Assembly: GCA_951406725.2 (NCBI GenBank)
Contig: OX597830.1
Location: forward strand, 10,974,001-11,038,000
Direction: 5' to 3'
From: Octopus vulgaris
Lineage: Eukaryota
Length of the DNA: 64,000 bases
Of this stretch, positions 1 to 13,211 are shown one piece after another. The notes beneath the pieces are model-generated. The model ran no database searches and was not told the DNA's origin. It saw nothing but the letters and a program-made list of their open reading frames with translations. The translations under genes and the position numbers were made by a program. Each line of letters starts with the position of its first letter. Positions within the stretch are counted from its first letter, which is position 1.

Positions 1-280
1 TTCGTTTGTTTTATTGTTAACCCTTAATTAAATATGGAGGCTCAAAGAAAACATGAATAAATTGAAGCATTGAGAATGGCTGGCATAAAGGATGAAGGGG
101 CCATGCTGAAGGCAAAGGTGTTCTGTTTTGAATTGTAAATATATGTAAAATATCGTTAATAAACATAACGATCAGCCTCTTAACTTTCATTAAACAAAAC
201 CTAACACCTTTTTATTTTATGACAAAATGAATAATGAGTAAATATATATATGCCACACCTGGTATGTATATACGTACATG

Positions 281-573
<293 letters not shown>

Positions 574-575
<2 letters not shown>

Positions 576-800
576 GACTACCCATCGTGACCCTTTGGGT
601 CACCGGGAAAGTCTGAGTTTCCCAGCAATGGAGTTTTGTTTCAAGGGGTTTTGTTTTCTTTTCCAGGTTATTCTGCATGCTTTCAACAAATGTGACCTTG
701 AAATCACATGTAAGCAGCTCCTTTCCCCAGAAAAGGAAAGATTTGGCTGCTATTTCTTGCACACCCTGCCACCAAGTAACAGGTATTTCAGGTCCTTTAT
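574..800 (-). mobile_element. Possible decayed piggyBac-like 3' end
   Basis: Minus-strand frames give RVCKK and scattered Cys/His residues reminiscent of the piggyBac Cys-rich C-terminus; subterminal hairpin GTGACCC-TTT-GGGTCAC near 588-604. Weak. Confidence 0.25.
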
Positions 801-1504
801 CGCAAATAGTAGTTATGGGGTAGCAGAGCGTGCTAGAAATAGCAGCCAAATCTTTGGAAGTGAGATACATTCAATGCACTTGAAAAAACCCTATGGAAAA
901 AAATTATTTCACACCAAGGTTAGAAATGGGTCTTTTATGAAATATTTATGCCAAAACAATTTTTGCAATGGTATTCATTCGAAAATAATTTTTAAAAACA
1001 TTGTAATATTGTTTGTTTAAAAGAGGCTAAAATATAAATACTTATTGTACAAACAACTTATATTTTTCATATCACGTTCTCTTAAAAGTATTTCTAAATG
1101 ATTAAAATATTGTGTTTAACAAAAATGAAAATAGAAACATTTACTGTAAAAAAAACAAATAGCATTTTTTCATTGTGAAGTCTAATCAAAATGTAAGAGT
1201 TACTTCCTTTTCAGGATTAAGTTAATTTCAGAGACTTTTGTGATCATGCAGCATTTTGGGGATTTATATCCTGAAAACCCTTGATATCTTCACAACCACT
1301 TATCCTTATGTGAAATTTGTTTCATACCGTTCGTATTTACATTTCAGAGAAAACTTAATTCATAGTGTTTTCCCATTATGCACCAGTTTGGCTGAGTAAC
1401 ATTGCAAGCAAGCAAGATTCAACCTGACTTTTAATGTATTATAGATATATGCATGTGTGTATACAGAGAATAGTGGTGTGGTTTAGAACTTTGCTTCCTA
1501 ACCA

Positions 1505-1846
1505 ATTTGTTTCAGTCATTTGACTGTGACCATGCTGGAGCACAACCTTAAGTCGAACAAACTGATCACAGGATTTATCCTATCAGTTTCTTTTGCTGAA
1601 CTACTAAGTTACAGGGACATAAACACACCAACATCGGTTGTCAAGCGATGATGGGGGGTGTGGAACAAACACAGACACACAAACATATATATATATATAT
1701 AATGTGCTTCTTTCAGTTTCCATCTATCAAATCCACTCACATGGCTTTGACAAGCCTGAGGCTATAGCAGAAGACACGGAGTGGGACTGAACCCGGAACC
1801 ATGTGGTTGGTAAGCAAGCTACTTACCACACAGCCATGCCTGCACC
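1505..1846 (-). mobile_element. SINE family A (tRNA-derived, internal TA/CA microsatellite)
   Basis: Matches many other copies in the window: A-box TGGCTGTGTGG, B-box GGTTCAGTCCC, tail CCAGCATGG..CAGTCAAATGACTGAAAC. Confidence 0.85.
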
Positions 1847-2128
1847 TAAGTCACAATTTATGGACTCAAATAATCCAGTAGTACTCATAAAAAAAGCTCC
1901 TTAATGTATCATTCTACAAAATATGTAGAGAGTATATAGTATGATACACAGAGTGTATAAAGTCATAAATGGCAGATAAATTAATGCAGACATCTAAGTA
2001 ATTTATTTATTATTAAATATAATAATATAAATTATTGATATGTTTTAAGTTACGAAACAATTTGTCACGATATTAGAATTTTTTTATAACTAAACAGAAT
2101 TTCATTGAACTATTTCTCTGTAATTTAT

Positions 2129-2264
<136 letters not shown>

Positions 2265-2290
2265 GCACACACATACATATATATATATAG

Positions 2291-2478
2291 TTGGAATTTA
2301 AAAAAGACAACAAAATAAAGACAGGTGTGTAAACAACAAACAGGTATATTAGTTTAATGCTTGGGAAGGTGAGAAAATCTTTTACGTTTTGAGCCTATGC
2401 TCTTCAACAGAAAGGAACACACGAAAATAAACAGAGAGAATAAAAAAAGAAAGCTTTAGTAGCTAGCAGTCAATCATA
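2291..2478 (-). mobile_element. Penelope-like terminal fragment with hammerhead-like motif
   Basis: Homologous to 41337-41527 and 41530-41710; minus strand reads CTGTTGA-A-GAGC-ATAG-GCTC-AAAACGTA; adjoins a (TA)n run. Confidence 0.55.
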
Positions 2479-2957
2479 TAAATTCAGTTATAGGTTAAAT
2501 TAGCCTCGTTAAGGGATGATATCATCCAAGGAATTACTGGTTCAATACCTAATATTTATTAGGAATAATAAAATTTGTAAAATAATAGGTTTGTAAGCCA
2601 TGTATGTAAACCATGGTTTATAATCATTCAAATGAATAATAAGAAAATAGAGATAAAGCATTTAATAAAGATTTATTTTCAGCAAAAATATCAAATAGTC
2701 CCTTACAGCTGTTTCAATGTATGCATATATATATATATATATAAATTAAAAATAACAAAATGGCGATATAGCATTTAATAAAGATTTATCATCAGCAAAA
2801 ATCAAACATGGTGTGTGTGTATATGTATATATATATATGTGTGTGTGTTGTCTATTTGACTATTTTATGTATGCTAGGCCACTGGTAGAAAATTTCTCTT
2901 CTGCCCTATATTTTCTTAATATGATTTTTAGTAATTTTGAAGGTAGTCGACACAAAG

Positions 2958-3410
2958 AGTGGAGGTGAAATGATGCTCAAGTGACACTTAAGTGGCAGGG
3001 TGTGATGGTTATGTGATTATCAAGTGATACTTGAGTGATAGCTGAGTGGAAGGTAAATGATGGTTAAGTAATTCTTAAGTTATGACAATGTAATGGATGG
3101 GATGGTTAGGTGATGGTCAAGCGATTCTTAAGAGTAGAGGTGGAGTGATGGTTAATTGACACTCATGTGATGACAATGTGTTAAACGTGATGGTTCTGTG
3201 ATGGTCAAGTGATACTTAAATGGTAGCTTAGTGGAGGGGAAATGATAGTTAAGTAATGCTTAAGCGATGAGATTGTGATGGATGTGATGGTTATGTGATG
3301 GTCAAGTGATACATAAGTGGAGGTGAAGTGATGACTAAGTAATGCTTAAAAGATGACAACATGATGGTTATACGATAATTAATGGACGTTTAAATGATGG
3401 TGATGAATTA
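2958..3410. repeat. Degenerate minisatellite (GTGATGGTTAAGT/GATRCTTAAG units)
   Basis: Recurrent GATGGTTA(A/T)GT and GATGGTCAAGTGATAC motifs over about 450 bp. Confidence 0.7.
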
Positions 3411-3790
3411 ACCAAGGTACTGACAGCTTTTGTAACCACATTATCAACCCCAGCTCACGAAAACATATGAACACCCAGTTAATACACCAAAAACACTTCA
3501 TGACTCTCTAGAAAAAAACTAATGAAACAATACTAAAATAATACAGCGTAGTAAATCTATTATCAAACAAGACACCCTGGGTAGATGTGGAAGTAAAAAG
3601 ATAAAATCATTGTTTTACAAGAAGCAGTAATTTCTTTTAGTTATGATGGATGCTTCTTTATTTGCGTCATTCTTTGAAAATAGAAGAAATGGAAAGCAAC
3701 TAAAAATAGCCAGAGTTATCAACCCCCACAAAAAAAAAAAAAAAAATAGCCCAGCTCCTTTGTTGAACAATTTTTGAAATGTAGATTACG

Positions 3791-4029
3791 ATGAATAATA
3801 AAGATAATAATAATAAAGATAACAATAAGACGAAGAAGAAGAAGAAGAAGAAGAACAACAACAACAACAACAATAATAATGATAATAGCAACAGTAATAA
3901 TAATAATAATAATAATAATAGTAATAATAACAATAGTAATAATAATAAAGATAATGATAATAGCAACAGTAATAATGATAATAATAACAACAGTAATAAT
4001 GATAATAATAATAATAATAATAATAATAA
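3791..4029. repeat. (AAT)n/(AAG)n/(AAC)n microsatellite
   Basis: Direct inspection. Confidence 0.95.
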
Positions 4030-4556
4030 ATGCCTTGATGCAGTACCAGGCTGTGGTTCTCGTGGCTTCTGATCTTAACTGATTGGAAGTGTTGTCATGT
4101 ACATTGTTTTGTCTTGGTTTAAAAGATGGGCTACAGCAAATATTCTGTTCAATACCACAGATTTGCTTGTTAGATGCTTGACCACAACCAGTTGAGCATG
4201 TCCCTTGGTGCATGTCCCTTGGTGGGAGAGCATCATAGTCATGTGATGAGAGGAATTCTTTGGGGTTTGGATAATTCACCCCTGAAAACATGGATGTCTC
4301 GTTCAACACCCTTATGCAACCCTTATTCAGAGGCCTTTTTAAGCAGGATTGGCTACTCGACCGGAAAAAAATTCTAACTGGGCCCCACCTGGTCATGTGC
4401 TGTTTATCTTGATATGAGATCACCATGTCGCATACATATGGTTGTGATGCATGTGCCTGGTGTACCCTTATCAGTCGGGTAGTCATGATGGGTATACTGG
4501 GCTTCGTATATTTTACCCCAGTGTCACTTTGATGGCACGCACTGCTCTCTCGCTCA
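4030..4556 (+). mobile_element. AAT-associated interspersed repeat (family E), copy 1
   Basis: Near-identical to 4646-5121 and partial copies at 61408-61525 and 61832-62000; bounded by AAT runs and ends CTGCTCTCTC(G/A)CTC-AATAAT. Confidence 0.75.
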
Positions 4557-4645
4557 ATAATAATAATAAGGATCTTTTTTAGTTACCTGGAAATTATGTT
4601 ACAAACTGCCATTCAAACCGAAAAGATCCAATAATAATAATAATA

Positions 4646-5121
4646 GTCTTGGTATAAAAGATGGGCTACAGCAAATATTCTGCTCAATACCACAGATTTG
4701 CTTGTCAGTTGTTTGACCTTAACCAGTTGACCATGTCCCTTATTGGCTGACGATATGTGCATCTCTGATCACGAGCAGAAGTAGTGGGGGAGCATCATAG
4801 CCATGTGTTGAGAGGGATTCTTTGGGGTTTGAATAATTCACCCCTGGAAACATGGGTGGTTCTTTCAACATCCTTAAACAACCCTTATTCAGGGACCTTT
4901 TGAGCAGGATGGGCTACTCAACCTGAAGAAAATTCTAACTGGGCCCCACCTGCAAGGTCATGTGCTGTTTATCTTGATATGAGATCACCATGTCACGCAC
5001 ATATGGTTGTGATGCATGTGCCTGGTGTACCCTTATCGGACGAGTAGTCATGATGGGTATACTGGGCTTTGTATATTTTACCCCAGTGTCACTTTGATGG
5101 CATGAACTGCTCTCTCACTCA
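4646..5121 (+). mobile_element. AAT-associated interspersed repeat (family E), copy 2, 5'-truncated
   Basis: Same 3' end as copy 1 but starts internally; preceded and followed by AAT repeats. Confidence 0.75.
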
Positions 5122-5146
5122 ATAATAATAATAATAATAATGATAA

Positions 5147-5360
5147 TCCTTTCTACTAAAGGCACAAGGTCTGAAATTTGTAGGGAGGGGACGAGTCAGT
5201 CTCATCAACCCCAGTATTTCACTGGTACTTAATTTATCGACCCCTGAAAGGATGAAAGGCAAAGTCGACCTCAGCAGAATTTGAACTCAGAATGTAGTGA
5301 TGGGCGAAACACTGATAAACATTTTGTCCAGTGTGCTAATGACTCTGCCAGCTCATTGCC

Positions 5361-5362
<2 letters not shown>
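5147..5362 (-). mobile_element. SINE family B (diverged copy)
   Basis: Contains the reverse complement of GAGTTCAAATTC.GC.GAGGTCGACTTTGCCTTTCATCCTTTC. Confidence 0.8.
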
Positions 5363-5400
<38 letters not shown>

Positions 5401-5454
5401 TGATGATGATGATGATTTCGTTTATTTGCCAGAACGGCAAATACAAAGACAGAT

Positions 5455-6000
5455 TAAGGGGGACAATACAAAGACAAATATAAAGTGTGGGGTTTACATT
5501 TTATGTGATGATAAAAAAAGAAAGAAAGAAAGAAATTAAGCATACACGATATATAGTGAAAAAGAAGGGGCACATGCATAGCATACAAAGGTAAAAAGAA
5601 AATGGTGAGAAGGATGATAGAGATGTGGCCCTCCTGATACAGGAAGGCTTCTAGGGATAATTGAGGAATCCCACTGTTCGAGATTTCTCTGAAACCCCAG
5701 GAGCAAGTGCCCTCTCCAATTCCTTCTCTCCGACTCACAGGTTTACACTTGGAGAGGTACCATCCTCACTTGCCATTTTCGCAACCTCTACCTACCTTTC
5801 AATAAGGTCAGCACCTCCCTCTCCACTCTCAATTTCCTTTTCAAGTAAAACTTGAAAAAGTCAATGAGAGCTCTACCAAAGAGGAATGTATCTGTCCTCA
5901 TGCTTTTCAGCCTTGCCCACCAAAAAAACCTCTTTCGCCACAGCCACCAGGCAAAGGAACACTGCCTTTCCTGCTCAACTGAAGGAAGATGGAAGTGCAA
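5455..6000 (-). mobile_element. L1/Tx1-like LINE ORF2 C-terminus plus 3' UTR (degenerate)
   Basis: Minus-strand WWARLK...ALIDFFKFYLKRKLRVEREVL resembles the L1/Tx1 ORF2 C-terminus (family recalled from memory); frameshifted. Confidence 0.55.
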
Positions 6001-6014
6001 ATAATACTAATAAT

Positions 6015-6364
6015 AACAAGGACACTCAGAAAGCACAAACCTCCACCAAGAGGCAACACCAACATCCTCTCAACAATTAGCCAGAGATGATTTTTAAAAT
6101 GAGAATATCTGAAATAAACTTGACTGTTCTATCAAACGAGAATACTAAAAATGAACCCAACCACTCTCAAAAATTAAGTAAAATAACCAGAAAAGCAATC
6201 CAGAATCCTTGTCCAGTACTGGATCGATCTCAAAATCTAATCAGTTCATGCCAGTCACAAGGCCAAACATTCCTGAAAACATTCATCTGAGATATTTTGT
6301 CCACAGACAAACAAACAAATACGACTGAAAACAATACCTCTGTCTTCGCTAAGGCAGAGGTAAT
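6015..6364 (+). mobile_element. Helentron-associated (HINE/DINE-1-like) non-autonomous element
   Basis: Subterminal ACCTCCACC (about 6039) versus GGCAGAGGT (about 6353), ACAGACAAACAAAC microsatellite, and 3' hairpin ACCTCTGTCTT-CGCT-AAGGCAGAGGT. Confidence 0.55.
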
Positions 6365-8594
6365 AATTGTTTCAAATTTTAGCACAAGGCCAGTAATTTT
6401 GCAGGTAGGAAGTGGTCAATTTCAATGAGACTAGAACTTGAATGTTACTTATTTTAATGACTACACAAATACGAAAAGCAAAATCGACCTCAGCAGAATT
6501 GAACTCAAAATGCAATAAGTTGGAATATATGCCACTTAGCATTTTGTCTGAGGTGCTAAAGATTCTACCATCTTGATGATGATGGTGTTTTCATTAAAAA
6601 CCACTAAGGGGTTCATAATGGTTTTGTGAACCCATATTCCCCATCCCCACAAAAATAGTCAAGTTAAGAATATTTGAGTGGAAGTGGTTGGTGTTAGGAA
6701 GCGGGGCAAGCTGTCCAACCCATGCCAGCACAAAAAACGGACGTTAAATGTTGATGATGATGATGATGATGATGTTTATGATGATGATGATGTTTATGAT
6801 GATGTTGATGATGATGATGATGTTGTTGATGATGATGATGATGATGTTGATGATGTTGATGATGATGATAATTTGAGAGAGAGAAACTAAAAGAAGCCTG
6901 TTGCATGTGTGTGTATGTGTGTGTGCCTCCTTGTCTTTAAATTGAGAGACAGTAGTAAGCAAGTGCCACAGTCATACAAGCAATGTCCTTCGTTTCCAAT
7001 CTTCTATAAAAGATTGCCTGGGTATTGGCAAATATTAACCTTACCTGGGTGACAGGAAGAGCACCTGGCCATAGAATATCTACTTCAACTAATTTAATCT
7101 CACTCACGCAAGCATGGGAAAGCGGACATTAAAATGCTGCTGCTGTTGTTGTTGTTAAGCAACAAAACGGGTAAGGGTGATTAGGTGATAGTCTAGGGCT
7201 TAGGGGCGGGAGACCCCAGACCTTGGGAGAAAAAAAGAAAACTTTGGTCGTCTTGTAGTCAAGGGCTCTTCATTGACATCTGACACTACTGGGAAGTGGC
7301 CCTCAAAGTTGCTGGAAATGGAGATCTCCAGGTCCAAACTTTTGGACAGCTGCTGCTGCTGTTGATGATGATGATGATGTTGAGGAGGTGTGTTTATTAG
7401 GAACCAACATACCGATTCCCTGTCTTTAATGGCAACTAAACCACAAGCTGGCATATGAACTAGAAAACTAATAATATGGAACCTGTATTCTGGCACACAC
7501 GCACGCAGACACACACATGCTTTCTCTCTCGCTCTCTTACACTGTTCTCTGGGTGTTTGTATGAGCACGTGTGTGTATGTGTGTGTGTTTGTGTGACAGA
7601 GAGAGAGAGAACGAAAGAGAGATATGCACGGTACATGAGTGTACATGTGTAAACTTACCCCAAAGTGCTTCCAACCACAAACATTAACTTTCAAAAGTGA
7701 CAAAGGTTATGAAAGACACTTCAAGACTTTTTTTTTCTCTCCCTCTGGTTTAATATAAAGATCAGTGGAACAATCATTTCTGAATAACACTAATGAGAAC
7801 ATGGAAGAATTTTGGTAAAAGTTTGAGAGGAATTTCCTTCAAGAGTAATTTAAAGCATTGATGAATGTTTGTTAAAGAAGAAGAAGAAGATGACGGCGGA
7901 GGCGGCTCGTTACAATGTCGTTAACTTTGCAAGGTCTTTCATATTTTCATGTGTCTCTAGATTTTAATTATGTTACAAAGAAACGCTACTAAGAAAAGAG
8001 TAAAAACCAACAAAGTTCCTCATTAGAAAGATATGAAGACATGCGAATGAAACGGTGAAGATTGTGAGAAGAGGACGGCAACGGTTTGACAAGTTTTACA
8101 AACTAACACACCATTCACAGAACATAACACTTGAACGGATTATGAAATACTATACTGACTAAATGAATAGCTCAATGTAATCATAGAAAAGGTGAGTTGA
8201 TTTAAAGTTATCACCTGTATAGCAGTGAACAGTCTTCTAATTCTTCTTGTTCCTGTTATTGCTGTTGTGGGTAGTGACTGAGGCAGAGGGGGTGTTTTTC
8301 TCCATTCGATTTCTTTTTTTTTTTTTATTTTGCGTTTTTTTTTTTTTAGGGTTTTTTTTACCTTTCATAAATAAAACCTACTTAACAGCTCTAATTAGCA
8401 AAGTAATTCAAACAAAGCACCTGTACAAACATAATGAGACTTTCGTATGAAGACTAGATTTCAACAGGAGGAGGAGTGGGGATTAATAAGGTGGAGTGAC
8501 TTAAGTACAATACTTGAGTCGATGATTCAGCAAGAACTTTACTCTTTTGTCAAGAAGACTTTCAATATGTCATGGTGTCTTATATACACACACA

Positions 8595-8633
<39 letters not shown>

Positions 8634-8940
8634 TGTAATATATGGATTCATGAAATCATTTGGCTTTCACAGAAAGCTCCTCCACTAGACTCAGCTAACA
8701 TATCACACAGTAATCCAGTAGAGATGAGTATAATGCAGAGTCCCATGCAGTTGAAATCCAGAGCTGATTGATGAAATTATTCCCTGAGGAGAATATAAGC
8801 TATATGAACATGTGTGTGTGTCTATGTATACGTGTCTATGTAGACTCAACCATGTTCTAAAATAAGTCGAAAGGTAAGCTACTATAAATCGACATGAACT
8901 TTCCAGACAACCTAATCTAAAATGATGTCATCATTTTACA

Positions 8941-9504
8941 TTAGGTTGTCTGGAAAGTTCGTGTCGATTTATAGTAGCTTACCTTTTGACTTATTTTAGA
9001 ACATGGTTGAGTCCATAAAATAGGATTTGACTACACCTCCATTTAGAGCACAGTTTAAGCTATCTTTTCGTGGAAGAAGGTTTATGTTCCTATAACCTGT
9101 GTTAATTCTGTAACCCTTTAAAATGGAAGATAAGAAAGTTCATTTTCGGCACTTGTGCTATGGGAACCAGACAAAAATTGTTGCAGCTCGGCTGGGATGT
9201 GTTACCTTACCCTCCATATTCACCAGATATTGCTCCTTCGGATTTCCACTTATTCAGGTCCCTGCAGAATAGTCTTAATGGTAAAAATTTCAATTCCTTG
9301 GATGACGTAAAACGATACCTTGATGAATTATTTGCCATGTAATCACCTCAATTCTGGGAAGAAGGTATTTTCAAGTTAAAGGAAAGATGGAAACGCATTG
9401 AACAAGAAAACGGTTCATATTTGGTTGATTAAAAATGTAATGGCAAGTATTTATTGACCTTTTTCTTTCCTTTAAAGATCGGCACAAACTTTCCAGATAA
9501 CCCA
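8941..9504 (+). mobile_element. Internally deleted mariner (DD34D type) element
   Basis: TIRs TTAGGTTGTCTGGAAAGTTCGTGTCGAT / ATCGGCACAAACTTTCCAGATAACCCAA followed by TA; N-terminal MEDKKVHFRHL at 9123 is fused to C-terminal GWDVLPYPPYSPDIAPSDFHLF...ERW..NGSY. Confidence 0.9.
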
Positions 9505-9506
9505 AT

Positions 9507-10755
9507 ATTTTTAATTTCGTGCATGCACATTGTTCGTTTTTGATTTTGTCAACTACACAGTATGGTAGGGTCAGTTGGGCACCGTCTGTGAGAAAAACAG
9601 CACCACCATGACGCAATTCACTCTGCCAGAAATTTGGGGATGATATGCTGTACTGCTTGGCACTCGTGCTAGAAGCTCTAATACAAACATTTCACAGTGT
9701 TTTGGTGTAAATCTGAGGACAGTGCTGAGGATTTGGAAAGAGTTGGATGAGTCTAATGGTGATTATGAAGGTAAAGCAGCTTGGGAAACTCACTCTGATC
9801 ATTCTGATGAGAAAAGAAATCCTGAATTTGCTGGTGAGATCCAGGCCATGACTGACAACGATCCTTCCAAGGCAATCAGGTCGTTCACCAGGGACATGGG
9901 AGTGTCTGAGTTTTTTATCAGGCAGGTGGTGAATGAAGATGTTCAGTATTCCTCATACAAGTTGAGAAAGGGCCAATTTTTATCCCAAGCCATCAAGGAC
10001 AGGAGGAAAGACTGCACCACAAAGCTTTTGAACAAACTCAAGCATCCCCTCCAAATGAACATACTTTGGTTTTTCTCAAATGAGAAAAATTTTTTGCCAG
10101 GATCAGATGGTGAACACACAGAACAACCGTTGGCTTGCCATGTCCCCAAAACATGTACTGAGAGCAATAAAAATCAAATATCCAGTCAACATCAAGGTGT
10201 TTGGAGTGATCGCTAGTGATGATAAAGTTATGTCTGCATTCACCTTCCCACACAGCCTCACATTCAACACAGAGGCCTACATCAAGTGCCTGGAGAAGAT
10301 AGTGCTGCCCTGAGTCAAGAGGGTTGTTGCAACAGGACTCTGCACCATGCCACACGAACAGGAGAACCCAGTCATGGCTGTGAGACAATTTCTGCGACCA
10401 CATCATCCCCAAAATCTGGCCACCTAACTTCCCAGACTGCAACCCTCTTGATTATTATGTGTGGGACACAGTTGAGTGAGAGACCAATAAAACTCCTTGT
10501 AACACCAAAGATGAACTGAAGGCAAGGATCATGGCAGCATTCACCAACTTAAACAAGGGGAATGTCCAGAAGAGTTGCAGGAGATTCAAGGTTGAAGCCA
10601 ATGGCAATTTTATTGAATAAATTTACTCTTTAATATTTCCAGATATTTTTATGTTATTTCGGAAAATATATCTGTTATAACGACATGTTAGTGTTATTTT
10701 CATTTTTACATAATTTCGATGACAATATATTCACCGCTATAAACACAGCACTCTG
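9507..10755 (+). mobile_element. Tc1/mariner DD37D (maT/Bmmar1-like) transposon; transposase pseudogene 9608-10620
   Basis: WFFSNEKNF, QQDSAPCH and WPPNFPDCNPLDYYVW motifs; 37 residues counted between the second and third Asp; frameshifts and stops; right end ...CTG followed by TA. Confidence 0.9.
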
Positions 10756-11004
10756 TACATATATATATATATATATATATATTTCAAACAAGTTAATATT
10801 TCCTTGTGGCCAGACATGTTTTTGCAGACTATTGGAAATGAATGACATTGCTTGTATGACAGTGGCACTCATTTACAGCTATCATGCACTGTCAAGACAA
10901 AAGAAACATACACGCACACACACACATATATATATTTATATCCAGTTTATATATTTATATCCAGTCAACCAAATCCAGTTTACAATGCTTTGATCAGACA
11001 TAAA

Positions 11005-11420
11005 AATGATGATGATGATGATGACAATGAGGGGGCAGAAGAGAAGAGGAAGGAGAGTGGTGGTGGTGGTGGTTACAGAAATATCGATAATGCTGATGAT
11101 GAGGAAGAGTATAACGCCAATAAGGAAGAGGTGGAGGGGGTGATGGCAGTGATGGCAATGATGATGATGATGATGGCAGTGATAAAGAAGACATGGGTGT
11201 GACAGCAAAACCAATGATGAGGTGGAGGGGAGGGGAGAAGAGGAGGCGGGGGAAGAGGAGAAGGAGGGGAGGATGGCAACAGCAAGGAAGAGGTAGAGCA
11301 GTGACAGTGATGGTGATGACGGCAATGGCAGTGGTGGTGGTAGTGTTGGTGGTGGTGGTGGTAGTGGTGATGATGTTCATGATAGTGATAATGATTATGA
11401 TAATGGTGATGATGAGCATG
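11005..11420. repeat. GAT/GGT/GAG trinucleotide low-complexity tract
   Basis: Direct inspection. Confidence 0.85.
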
Positions 11421-12247
11421 TCCTACTCTACATATTTAGTTTTTAAAAAAAAAAAGCAAACAAAAAAAGCCAGCCAAGATTATATATATATATATATATA
11501 TATATACATACATATGTGTGGATGTGTAGGTATGTGTGTGTGTATGACTTCCTTATCAAAAGCTTAATTCTTGGAAGTCCAAAACCTAAATGACAAATTC
11601 TTCCACTGCCACAAAACCAAAACATATACTTGTATATGTGTGTGTATATAAATATTATATATATATATATATATATAAATATATATAAATATATATAAAT
11701 ATATTATATACACACATACATATATATACACCCATACATATATATGTGTGTATGTATGTGTGTATGTATGTGTGTGTGTATGTGTGTGTGTATGTATGTG
11801 TGTATGTATGTATGTATGTATGTATGTATGTATGTATGTATGTGTGTGTATGTATGTATGTATGTATGTATATGTATGTGTGTGTGTGTATGTATGTATA
11901 TATGTGTGTGTGTGTGTGTATGTATGTAGCAATATTAAAAATGTCATCCTCTGCATTCACCAGTTTCACGTAACCTCTCTCTGTATTTGCTGTTAGCAAA
12001 TGAACAGAGAAGTAATTAGCTGCAAATGAACATCCATAGGTCTTATAGACCCCTACCTGCATTGTTCTAAAATATTCTTTACCTAATGAATCGAAACCCC
12101 AATTCAACATATTTCCAATGCCCACCACTAACAAATTCCAATCAGGCAATTTCCATAGTTTTTTTGGTTTTTTTCCTTAATATGTTGCTCTTCTCTGAAG
12201 CAGTATATATCTTCTTTAAACAATTTCAAATAGTTTCCATTTATAAA

Positions 12248-12560
12248 CATCATCATCATCATTGTTTAACGTCTGTTTTCCATGCTGGCATGGGATGGAC
12301 GGTTTGATTGGGGTCAGGGAAGCTGCACCAGACTCCAGTCTGATCTGGCAGTGTTTCTACAGCTGGATGCCCTTCCTAACGCCAACCACTCTGAGAGTGT
12401 AGTGGCTGCTTTTTACATGCCGCCGGCTCAGGCAATGACCATGATCAGTTGATGCTTTTACGTGCCACTGGCACAAAAGCCAGTTAAGGTGGCACTGGCA
12501 ACAGCCATGTTCGGATGGTTCTTTTTACATGCCAACAGCACAGGGATCACAACTACAATT
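12248..12560 (-). mobile_element. RTE LINE 3' UTR fragment
   Basis: (CAT)n tail followed by TTTAACGTC..TTTCCATGCT.GCATGGG and GGATGCCCTTCCTAACGCCAACC; homologous to the 3' UTR at 12708-13211. Confidence 0.8.
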
Positions 12561-12563
12561 TTC

Positions 12564-13211
12564 ACCTGTGGAAGAGGTAGACCCAGGAAGACCTGGGATG
12601 AAGTGGTGAAACACAACCTTCGAACATTAGGCCTCACCGAGGCAATGACTAGTGACCGAGACTTTTGGAAATATGCTGTGCTTGAGAAGACCCGGCAAGC
12701 CAAATGAGACCATAACCAGTGGCCTATGCCAGGAGCATAACCAACCCGCTTATGCGTACCTTTCCTTCATTGGACACTAAATATATATATTTGATGCCAG
12801 TCATCAAATCCGATGACTGGCATCCGTGCTAGTGAAGCGCTAACAGCACCATGCGAGCATGATCGTTGCAGCGTCGCCTTACTGGCACTTGTGCCGGTGG
12901 TACATGAAAAATATTCAAGCGAGTTCGTTGCCAGTGCCGCTGGACTGGCTCCTGTGCAGGTGGCATGTAAAAAAAACACCATTTAAATGTGTCCATTGCC
13001 AGTACCGTCTGACTGGCCCTCATGCTGGTGGCACGTAAAAGCACCCACTACACTCTCGGAGTGGTTGGAGTTAGGAAGGGCATCCAGCTGTAGAAACTCT
13101 GCCAGATCAGACTGGAGCCTGGTACAGCCATCTGGTTCGTTAGTCCTCAGTTAAATCATCCAACCCATGCTAGCATGGAAAGCGGATGTTAAACGATGAT
13201 GATGATGATGA
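12564..13211 (+). mobile_element. RTE-clade LINE 3' end (ORF C-terminus 12564-12707, 3' UTR, (GAT)n tail)
   Basis: TCGRGRPRKTWDEVVKHNLRTLGLTEAMTSDRDFWKYAV is the typical RTE RT C-terminal GRPRKTW...DR..W motif; it is followed by a UTR ending in a GAT repeat. Confidence 0.88.

Noticed and set aside
7200-7703. 167-aa ORF with HHHHHQQQQQ
   Set aside because: It crosses microsatellites, has no ATG start and no recognisable domain; only its splice signals are kept as a low-confidence finding.
8447-8638. ELYSFVKKTFN resembling GAD LLNYVRKTFD
   Set aside because: The flanking residues do not continue the GAD alignment (no KVLDF) and there is no fitting donor.
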